Source: Octopus vulgaris
Taxonomy: Eukaryota
DNA length: 64,000 nt
Assembly: GCA_951406725.2 (NCBI GenBank)
Contig: OX597825.1
Span: 80,042,001-80,106,000 of the forward strand
Reading direction: 5' to 3'
Shown: positions 27,721 through 37,910 of the stretch, one piece after another
How the letters are laid out: every line of letters begins with the position of its first letter
Position numbering within the stretch: the first letter of the stretch is position 1
Position numbers and translations under genes: made by a program
The notes under the pieces: generated by a model
Told to the model about the DNA's origin: nothing
Databases searched by the model: none
Seen by the model: the letters and a program-made list of their open reading frames with translations, nothing else

Positions 27721-28906
27721 AAGGAGAATATGTAACTCGATGTACAACCATCGCTAAAGGACTTAGCTACAAGAGCACCGTTATTTTTATTTTTTTATTA
27801 TTTTAGCTTTTATCATCGATTTACATCAACGAAGGATACACACACACACACACACACACACACGGGTTCTACATGATTTTTTGTCTCCCAGATCCCATTC
27901 TGATCGACCCGTATCTGTAATAGAAGACAGTTGCCTGAGGGGTCGAGCAGTGAGATTGAACTTGCCTGCATTCACAGCAGAAAAAAAAAAAATATTCACA
28001 CACGTGTACGAGCAATGAATGGTGATCTTGGAGTATAGCGTATCGTTTTCGCTTTTGCAAATTTGAGGTTTACTTTCAGTTTTGTGGGGAAATAACATGA
28101 GAGCAATACTGATAATAATAATAATAATAATAAGTAATAATAATTTTAGGTAAATGAAGACCTTTTTATTATAGCAATTATAGGTTCGAAAGGAAATCTT
28201 GTTTACGTAGATCAATGGTAATTCTTAGTCAATGCTCAGCCCTCGCCATGCTCATATGTAAATTGCAGAGACTTTAAATAGTTTTATACTAAGAAATCTA
28301 TTAAATAAATAAACAATTAGAGAACATGAAATTAATATATTACCAATGGAAAATCCCCGTGGAAAGAGAAAAGAGTACGTTATAGGCCAATACCGTCTTG
28401 TATTTATTGAACGTCTAATTTTGATTCAATTTTACTTTTAAATTACTCTTTTCTCCTTTATTGTATCAAGGAACATCAGTAATTTGAAACAACACTATTT
28501 CCTTTCTTATTATTGTTTTCATATCGTCATATTGTTGTTGGTAAAACTTGGATCCCTCACCTAACCATATTTAGGGATCTGGATAGTCATTCAAATAATT
28601 CATTTTCAGTTTTGGTGATTTTTATTATTTCACCTGTCTCGTGAGACAAGAAATATAAATTTACAGCGGAAAGGACTCGGAATTAGGGGACAAATTATTT
28701 TTTTTAAATGAAATTTTTGGAACAGAAAACTCTTTCTCAAAAGGAAACAACCACCTCATATACAATCAACGGCGGAGATTAAGAATATGCACACCACCTG
28801 TTTTCGGCGTAACAAAAACCCTAGATTACGGAGATGTACTTGCATAGCAAGTAACCTGATCTGAGATCGTGTGCTGGAACGAAAACAATTGCAGCGTGGA
28901 AAGTGT

Positions 28907-29120
28907 TTATAAGCCATTTACAAAAAAACTGTTGATTCACTTCAACATTTAAATTTAATTTGTCAAAATATTTTCATCGCTATGAAACCTGTTCACTGAC
29001 AAAATTCCGAATTTTGTCAGTGAACAGGTCGCGGTCTCAAAGCGACGAAAATATTTTGACAAATTAAATTTAAATATTGAACTGAATCAACGGTTTTTGT
29101 GTGTTTTTAAATGGCTTTTA
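28907..29120. repeat. Palindromic hairpin of about 210 bp
   Basis: ...ACCTGTTCACTGACAAAATTC-C-GAATTTTGTCAGTGAACAGGT... with arms extending about 100 bp on each side. Confidence 0.85.
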
Positions 29121-29207
29121 AACAAAAACCCTAACCACTGGATATGCGTATTCTTTACCTTCACCACAATCCCCTATATATGCACATATACACACACCTA
29201 TACCTCT

Positions 29208-30061
29208 GCTGGTGACAAAGGGCCTCTCGCTCAGAGTAAAAGGTAGACTGTATAACGAATGTGTGCGAACGATCATACTACATGGCAGTGAAACATGGAC
29301 CGTGACTGCTGAGGAAATGCGTAAGCTTGCAAGGAATGAAGCTAGTATGCTCCACTGGATGTGTAATATCAGTGTGCATACTCGACAGAGTGTAAGTACT
29401 TTGAGAGAAAAGTTGAACCTAAGGAGCATCAGATGTGGTGTGCAAGAGAGACAACTGCGCTGGTATGGTTATGTGTTGCATATGGATGAGAACAGCTGTG
29501 TGAAAAAGGGTCACACCCTTGCAGTAGAGGGAACTTGTGGAAGAGGTAGACTCGGGAAGATCTGGGATGAGGTGGTGAAGCACGACCTTTGAATGTTGGG
29601 CCTCACGGAGGCGATGACTGAGACCTTTGGAGATATGCTGTGCTTGAGAAGATCCAGCAAGCCAAGTGAGACCATAACTGTGGCCTATGCCAGTGCAGCA
29701 TAACCAGCTCATTTAAGAGCACCCTTCAATCATTAGGCAATAAACTATGCTTGCAAGGACCTGTGAAGTTGTGACTGATACCAGTACTGCCTGACTGGCA
29801 TCCGTGCCAGTGGAATGTAAAAAGCACTGTTCGAGCGTGGCCGATGCCAGTACCACCTGACTGGCCCTTTTGCCTGTTGCACATAAAATGCACCCACTAC
29901 ACTCTCAGAGTTGTTGGCATTAGGAAGGGCATCCAGCTGTAGAAACCTTGCCAGATCATATTGAAGCCTGGTACAGCCTTCTGGCTTGCCAGTCCTCACT
30001 CAAACCGTCCAACCCATGCCTGCATGAAAAGCGGACGTTAAACGACGATGATGATGATGAT
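29208..30061 (+). mobile_element. 5'-truncated RTE-clade LINE (ORF2 C-terminus, 3'UTR and (GAT)n tail)
   Basis: KGRLYNECVRTIILHGSETW...RQLRWYGYVLHM...GRGRLGKIW is typical of the region after the RT domain in RTE LINEs. The 3'UTR has GTGCCA(C/G)-type repeats and AGGAAGGGCATCCAGC and ends ...GACGTTAAACGACGATGATGATG. Confidence 0.85.
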
Positions 30062-31373
30062 AGGATCGTTTGTAGATATACATAAATCCAGAGGAGAAGC
30101 ACACCCAAAGATGTAGAGCAGTTAATATCATAGTGGGGTAGGCCGGTTTATGGGGTTATCCTGGCTTTCTCGCTCATAAAGGGTCTAGCCTTATGACATA
30201 TTTTCAGACCCCAAACACTGCTGGCCTGAGACCTCTTTAAAATATGGAGGTGGGGGGAAAGCCTCGTATTATGAGGCAATCACACATTTTTTATGACTAT
30301 TTGTTTAGTGATCCTAGACTATAGCGTACCATTTTCACTTTGCAAACTGGAGGTTCCCTTTCAGCTGTGCTGTGAAACATAAAAGCAAACTGGTAATGAT
30401 GCTTTAGCAACAATGAAAGTGTATGCAAAGGATACTTAGGTGTACTCTTTACTCTCTTTTACTTGTATCAGTGATTTGATTGCGGCCAGGCTGCAGCACC
30501 GCCTTAGGTCGAGCAAATCGACCCCAGTACTTATTCTTTGTAAGCCTAGTAATTATTCTATCGGTCCCTTTTGCCGAACCGCTAAGTTACAGAGACACAA
30601 ACACACCAGCATCAGTTGTCAAGCAATGTTGGGGGGCCAAACACAGACACACACATACATATATATACGACGGGCTTCTTTCAGTTTTCTGTCTACCAAA
30701 TCCACTCAAGGTTTTGGTCGGCTCGAGGCTATAGTAGAAGACACTTGCCCAAGGTGCCACACAGTGGGACTGAAGCCAGAACCATGTGGTTGGTAAGCAA
30801 GCTACTTACCACACAGCCACTCCTGCACTTGTGATTTTTAAAAAAAAATATTAATTAAATTTTCCAAAAAAACCCATTCTAATGGTTGGACGTCTTGAAA
30901 AACATGTTATAAAAAAATTAAAATTAATAAAACAAGGTAACAATATTTCGTTTCTGTGTTTGATTTGCAAGATTCTTTATGTGAATTTGTATGTTGAAGC
31001 ATATTTTATTATGTCTGGGGAGAGTCATTCTCTTTTAGTGTATTATTATTTAACACACTCACCGGTAAAGTTTCCATTCATTCATTTATTTATTTATTTT
31101 TTAGTCTGTCTTTTAAGCAGTTTGTTTTTATAGTGTCAATGGCTGTATTTTTGTTACGATGTTCAAATTTTTGAGAAACAGCAGTGTAGTGTCTAGCTTG
31201 CATTTTACTGAAGTTGTACCTATTATTAGCATCTCTTTCAGGCATTACTGTTAAGTCAGCATTGTAATAAACCAGTGAAATGTCTGTCTGTGTGTGTGTG
31301 TGTGTGTGTTAGTTGGATATTAATGTAATTTTGAAATGTAATCTTCTGGTGATAATTATGTTTTTAGGTCACG

Positions 31374-31513
31374 ATGGGTTCCAATGATGAATTAATGAAA
31401 TTGTGGCTTTCTGCTGATGCTGTTTGTTTCGATGTTGACTCCACTCTTTGCAAAGAAGAAGCAATTGATGAACTTGCAAAGTTCTGTGGAGTTGGTGAAG
31501 AAATTAGAAAATG
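31374..31513 (+). CDS. PSPH: Phosphoserine phosphatase, coding exon 1
   Basis: Not in the ORF track; translated by hand as [46 protein letters not shown]. Contains HAD motif I (FDVDST). Acceptor tttttag at 31361-31367 implies an upstream non-coding exon. Donor TG|gtaacc, phase 2. Confidence 0.95.
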
Positions 31514-33732
31514 GTAACCCAACAACTTTTATTCATCATCACCATCACCATCACCCCCTCTCTCACACACCATTCTCAATCTCATCACTTTAAAAAAAAA
31601 ATTTTTTTTTGCAGTGTTTAGATTATAATTCCATTACATTATTTATATTATTTACATTTGACGGATATTTGTCCTTATCTTGTTTGTTGTTAACACAACG
31701 TTTTGGCTACTAATCCCAAGATTCTGAGTTCAATTCCAGGCAGTGACCTGAATCATCATCATCGTCGTTTAACGTCCGTTCTCCATGCTAGCACGGGTTG
31801 GACGGTTCGACCGGGGTTCTGGGAAGCCAGAAGGCTGCACCAGGCTCCAGTCTAATCTGGCAATGTTTCTACAGCTGGATGCCCTTCCTAACGCCAACCA
31901 CTCCGTGAGTGTAGTGGGTGCTTTTTACGTGCCACCTGCACAGGTGCCAGGCGGGGCTGGCAACGGCCACGGTCAGATTGGTGTATTTTATGTGCCACCG
32001 GCACGGAAGCCAGTCGAGGCGGTGCTGGCATCGGCCACGAGTCGGATAGTGCTTTTTACGTACCACCAGACCAGGGATCCTGGCTGGTTCAATTCGATTT
32101 CGATTTCGATTTCGCTTGCCCCAACATGTCTTCACAAGCAAAGGGGGTTGGCAAGGGTGCCTGTCATACGGTCGCATTGGAGTATTTTACGTGCCAATAA
32201 TAATAATAATAATAGCATTGAAAAATGCCTTAGGAATGAGAACCCAGGTTCAAAATTTCCCCTAAGACACCTGATGAAGGCTGGAAGGTATATCAGCCAA
32301 AGCGTTGTGTTAACAACAAACAAGATGACGAATATCCATCAAATGTAAATAATGTACATAATTCCTCATCTCTTAAATAGAACTATAATTCCATTCTATA
32401 GTAAAAGAGATATCCCAGAACTGACAGCAATTTAGTTTTGGTTTTTGTACATACACTAAAAATATGAGCTGTGTGCATATAAGAGGAATGGCATCTGGCC
32501 ACAGAAGATCTGCCTCAATAAATTCCGTCCGACCCATGCAAGCATGGAAAAGTGGACATTAAAACAATGATGTATGTTTGTGTATATGTGTGTGTGAATG
32601 TATGTTTGTGTGAGTGAGATTCTTATTTCCCAAGTGTTTGCTGGTCTGTAAACAATGGCTCCTTTAAATGAGGCTCAGGGTTTGCTTAGAATTACATTAG
32701 CGTTTCGAGTTTAGGATTGAGGTTGGTGTTAGGGTTTAAGGGGTTGGGTGGTCAGAGATGAAAATCTGTAGCTGTACTGAAATTTCTTTACACGTGCATA
32801 CAGCTCATATTTTTAGTCAATCTGTTCTTACTACATCAAATACGCTAGCACCCATTTTACTAAGTTTTTTATGCAGCAGGCATCCCTGGATGGTACTTGC
32901 ACTTGATCATTCTTTCAAGTTTTTAAGACCCCTTACAAAAAGAAATAAATAAACCTTCGGTCCCTTGATTGTTATCAGATTTTGCAAAGGAAGACAAATA
33001 AGACTGAAACATGGCTAAAGTTATCCCTCTGCTGCTAAACATTCAGACTCGCTATGCAGTTCATAATAAACTGTTAAGATTCCAGGGTTACCTCCCCTAT
33101 GTTCCTTGATCAGAATTATTCATTCCATGATTTGTTTTCATTACTAAAGTAATTAATCTAATTAAAATTAAATCTAGTATGATGTACCCACTTTACTTTA
33201 CGGGTGGGATTTCCACAAACAAACAAGTAAATACTCTGAGGAAATATTGTTATTAACACAGTAAAGTAATAACTGTGATGGTACAGCACTACAAAGTGAC
33301 CGAGGGTTGTTTTAACCATTCCACTTCACTTTCATCAGAAATGGCCCTTGGACTCAGCACAAATTACGTCAACCTCTCCGGTTCAGTAAGATCTACAATG
33401 GTTACGGTCACCATTTCCTCCTCTCTGGTTAATTAATTAAGCTTGATATGCACTCTCGTCATCGTCTTCTTCGTCACAACCATCATCCCCTCCACCACCA
33501 TCATTGCTGCCAGGCACCTCCAACCCCTCCACCACTACCATCATCATTTTTACATATGTTTTTCCATGATTGCAATACATTAGCCAGGTCATCTCCATCT
33601 GCAGTTCTTTTGTCAATATGATGATAATGGTGATGATAGTGATGAAATAAAAAGGCTTGAAACTAATCAATAGATATTGATCTATCGGTATTTTATATTT
33701 TTTCATTGTATTTTTTCCCCTTTTCTTTTTAG

Positions 33733-33867
33733 TACCATTGAAGCAATGAATGGTAACATCAGCTTCCAAGATGCATTAAGAACTAGGTTAAATATTATTA
33801 AACCAAGTAAAAGTATTCTTAAACAGTTTATAGAAACTCATCCACCAAAATTAACCGATGGAGTCAA
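33733..33867 (+). CDS. PSPH: Phosphoserine phosphatase, coding exon 2
   Basis: (C)TIEAMNGNISFQDALRTRLNIIKPSKSILKQFIETHPPKLTDGV(K), the PSPH cap domain. Polypyrimidine tract and AG acceptor, AA|gtaagt donor, 135 nt, phase 2 to 2. Confidence 0.95.
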
Positions 33868-34313
33868 GTAAGTTATTTTGTTTGTTTGTTTGATTTGCTT
33901 TTTCTTCTTTTCCATTTTTTTTTTTTTTTGCATTAATTTGTCTTTAATTAATTATCAGACCCCGGTAAGCCAGGAAGCTGCACCAGGCTCCAGTCTGATC
34001 TGGCAATGTTTCTACAGCTGGGTGCCCTTCCTAATGCCAACCACTCCATGAGTGTAGTGGGTGCTATTTACATGCCACCGGCACAGAAGCCAGTCAAGGT
34101 GGCACTGGCATCAGCCATGTTCGGATGGTGCTTTACATTTCTAATTCTAGTAAATTAAACAAATTTGGTAATTAAAAAATGAAAACATTTTTTTCAACCA
34201 GTTTGCCATTAGACATAAAATGATTTTCTTCCAAGCCATTACAATTTTTTTTTAGTAAAGAAATAACATAATATAGCATTTCACTGCATGTTTGACCCCT
34301 TTTGGATTCGCAG

Positions 34314-34459
34314 AGACCTGATACTTATACTACAGAAAAAAAACATTGATATCTATCTTATTTCGGGAGGATTCCGTACCATCATTGAGACTGTCGCCAA
34401 AGAAGTGAACATTCCAAAAGATCATATATTTGCAAACAGGTTGCAGTTTGATCAAGATG
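34314..34459 (+). CDS. PSPH: Phosphoserine phosphatase, coding exon 3
   Basis: DLILILQKKNIDIYLISGGFRTIIETVAKEVNIPKDHIFANRLQFDQD(G). Contains HAD motif II (ISGGF) and the conserved FANRL. cag acceptor, G|gtaagt donor, phase 2 to 1. Confidence 0.95.
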
Positions 34460-34598
34460 GTAAGTACATTATCCATCCAACATTGGTTTTTTTTTCATGC
34501 TAGTATGGGTTGAATGGGAACTATATCTGTGGTAGGAGGCTCTTCTTGGCACCAACTCTTATCTGTTTTTCATGTAAGGGATTTTTTTTTTATTCTAC

Positions 34599-34913
34599 AT
34601 GTAGTTAGGGTTTGAAACCACCATCTGTAGACTACTGAGGATTTACAAGCTTGTTATCAAATCATAGGCTGGCGCTTCAATATTTCAGTCACTTGCAGAA
34701 TTTTTTTTACAGCTCCATATTATTGGAACCATTTTTAAATAGATTAATTAATTCTGCAAAAGACATCACAAACCATTTTGCTTCTTCCTTCACTTTCTTC
34801 CTCAAGACATTTTTCAGCAGTGTAGAGTTACAGGTCATAACATCCACAAGGAATGCAAACATCATAATACTGTTTTGCTCAGCTGATAACAAGTGAAGCA
34901 ATGAAATGTTACA
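34599..34913 (-). pseudogene. Inverted partial duplicate of PSPH last exon and 3'UTR within PSPH intron 3
   Basis: 34599-34812 is the reverse complement of about 37806-38016 (RKKVKEEAKWFVMSFAEL... through ...TTCAAACCCTAACTACAT) with scattered substitutions. 34813-34913 is shared only with the copy at 35571-35781. Confidence 0.9.
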
Positions 34914-35570
34914 ATCGCCTTACTGGCACTTGTGCTGGTGGCACGTGAAAAAACATTCGAGCAAGGTCGTTGCCAGTACTGCCTGACTGGCCCCCATGCC
35001 GGTGGCACGTAAAAGCACCCACTACACTCTCAGAGTGGTAGGCGTTAGGAAGGACATCCAGCTGTAGAAACTCTGCCAGATCAAGATTGGAGCCTGGTAC
35101 AGCCATCTAGTTCACCAGCCCTCAGTCAAATCGTCCAACCCATGCTAGCATGGAAAGCGGACATTAAACGATGATGATGATGATGACACACACACACACT
35201 CATGTTTAAATATTTTGAAGCACACCTCTGTGTATGCCAGGTCAGCTAACCAACACCAACTTCAGCACAATGGCATTCCATTAAGCACTTCGCAGTGCAT
35301 CTGTGAGTGGCATCTCTACACACTGTAATCCAGACACTCAAGGCAACACGCTGTTTCATATTCAAACTTATAACCATCCAGCCATAGAAACTATGCCAAA
35401 GCAGAGAGCAGAACATAACACAGTCTTCTGTCGGATCCAGTCAAACTGTCCAACCAATTCCAGCATGGAAAATCGATGATAAATGATGGCGATGATGATG
35501 TCAGGCTTCTTTCCATCTACCAAATCTACTCACAAGGCTTTGGTTGTATACATGAGTGTGTGTGTGTGAA

Positions 35571-35781
35571 TGTGACATTTCATTGCTTCACTTGTTATTA
35601 GCTGAGCAAAACAGTATTATGATGCTTGCCTTCCTTGTGGATGTTATGACCTGTAACTCTACACTGCTGAAAAATGTCTTGAGGAAGAAAGTGAAGGAAG
35701 AAGCAAAATGGTTTGTGATGTCTTTTGCAGAATTAATTAATCTATTTAAAAATGGTTCCAATAATATGGAGGTGTAGAAAA
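35571..35781 (+). pseudogene. Sense partial duplicate of PSPH last exon within PSPH intron 3
   Basis: Encodes ...LRKKVKEEAKWFVMSFAELINLFKNGSNNMEV*. Near-perfect inverted repeat of 34703-34913. Confidence 0.9.
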
Positions 35782-35967
35782 CACTTGCCCAATGTGCCAC
35801 ACAATAGGACTGAACTCAAGCCATTTTTGACCACACTGCTATGCCTGCATCTGAACCACTTTTATTATGATAATTACTAAAGTTTCTTTAAACCGCTTGA
35901 CATAATATTATTCATCATATCATCGTCATTTAACAGCAGTTTTAATTGGCCATTTTTATGTTTTCAG

Positions 35968-36116
35968 GTAATTATGTTAGTTTTGATAAAGCAGAGCTCA
36001 CGGCCAAGAGTGGTGGTAAAGGACAAGTGATTCAACTTTTGAAAGATAAACATAATTATAGCAATTTAATTATGATCGGTGATGGTGCAACTGACATGGA
36101 AGCTTCTCCTCCTGCT
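35968..36116 (+). CDS. PSPH: Phosphoserine phosphatase, coding exon 4
   Basis: (G)NYVSFDKAELTAKSGGKGQVIQLLKDKHNYSNLIMIGDGATDMEASPPA. Contains HAD motif III Lys (SGGKG) and motif IV (GDGATD). ttttcag acceptor, GCT|gtaagt donor. Confidence 0.95.
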
Positions 36117-37781
36117 GTAAGTAATCTTAATATTTCTATTCACGTTGAAATAACAGCTTGGATTGCAGTCAAATGTGCAACGTAACTATTTTCTGTGCTG
36201 TTAAAAGGGAAATAACCTGGAAATCGTGATACACAGATATTGTTTTAAGCTGAGTGGGGATGCTAGATTCTCTTGTTTGAAAATATAAGGACACAGATCA
36301 TGTCGTATAGCCAGCTGAAGACGATGTCTCCTGGGGCTAAATTACAGCAACATTCGTCCTAAACCAGGACTGCCATGTTATGTTAGCAAACAATCTTTAC
36401 TACAAGGTACTGTTGCTGAATATCTCACGTTCTGAGATTTAAAAATAGTAATTTTCTAAAAACTATTTGCGATTAACTGTAATCAAGATTTATCACACAT
36501 TTTGACATGCTGCAGGAGTGGCTGTGTGGTAAGTAGCTTGCTTACCAACCACATGGTTCTAGGTTCATTCCCACTGCGTGGCACCTTGGGCAAGTGTCTT
36601 CTATTATAGCCTCGGGCCGACCAAAGCCTTGTGAGTGGATTTGGTAGACGGAAACTGAAAGAAGCCCGTCGTATATATGTATATATATGTGTTTGTGTTT
36701 GTCCTCCAACATCACTTGACAACCGATGCTGGTGTGTTTACGTCCCTGTAACTTAGCAGTTCGGCAAAAGAGACCGATAGAATAAGTACTAGGCTTCCAA
36801 AGAATAAGTCCTGGGGTCGATTTGCTCGACTAAAGGTGGTGCTCCAGCATGGCTGCAGTCAAATGATTGAAACAAGTAAAATAGTAAAGAGAGTATGTAT
36901 TTTTGTGTTAGCTGAGTTGAATTAGCTGCTATGATCACTGTACAAAAACACTGATGCTACAACTGGGTCCAGTCCTCATTGTGATGTGGTGGCTTGTATG
37001 CCCCAGTAGCTCTGACAGCTATGCTAGCAAAAGACAGGCTCCTGCTGGAGCCTGTAATGTTGAACAGGTCAAAGGTTAGATGCCAGAATGATGTGGATCA
37101 CCTCTTCCCAGAAGTAAAAATAGGTTCCCGTAGGGCCAACACTTCTACCTAGAAAAAAAAAGCAAAGTTATAGAGGCATTGATGATAATTGAAGACCAAC
37201 AAAACCTGGGAGAGGAAGGCCTTTCCTCGGGGATAAATATGAGGTGGTGCAGCAAAATCTGAAAGAAAGCTGCAGGAAAACAAAAAAGCAATAAGTCAAC
37301 TGGAGAGAGGCAGAAAAGGCAGTCTGTAATTGAAAACAGTGGAGACAAATCATTAATGGTCCAGGATCCATAGAGAGCAAAAGACTTAAGTAATATACAT
37401 AGTTTGAGTTTTGATATGATATTATCTGGTTTACTTCCCCTACGTTTTTTGATCGGAATTATTCATTCCATGATTTGTTTACATTACTAAAGTAATTAAT
37501 CTAATTAAAATTTTTCAACTTATGATATCAAGTACCCAATTTACTTTTATGGGTGGTTTATCCACAAGTAAACACCTGAATATTCTGGGGAAGGATTGTT
37601 ATTAACACAGTACAGTAATAACTGTGATGGCACTGCACTACAAAGTGACTGAGAGGTATTTTAACCATTTAAATCAAAGAAGTAGTGTTGTGGCTGAATG
37701 CCCTTCCTACAACCAACCATTATTCATAAAGTCAAATATCGGTTAATTTTTTTTTGTTTTCTTTTCTTTTTTCTCTCCTAG

Positions 37782-37910
37782 GATGCTTTTATTGGTTTTG
37801 GAGGTAATGTTGTGAGGAAGAAAGTGAAGGAAGAAGCAAAATGGTTTGTGATGTCTTTTGCAGAATTAACTAATGTATTTAAAAATGGTTCCAATAATAT
37901 GGAGGTGTAA
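37782..37910 (+). CDS. PSPH: Phosphoserine phosphatase, last coding exon
   Basis: DAFIGFGGNVVRKKVKEEAKWFVMSFAELTNVFKNGSNNMEV*. Long polypyrimidine tract and AG acceptor. Total CDS 699 nt = 232 aa plus stop. Candidate AATAAA at 38098-38103. Confidence 0.95.
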   Translation, partial: DAFIGFGGNVVRKKVKEEAKWFVMSFAELTNVFKNGSNNMEV

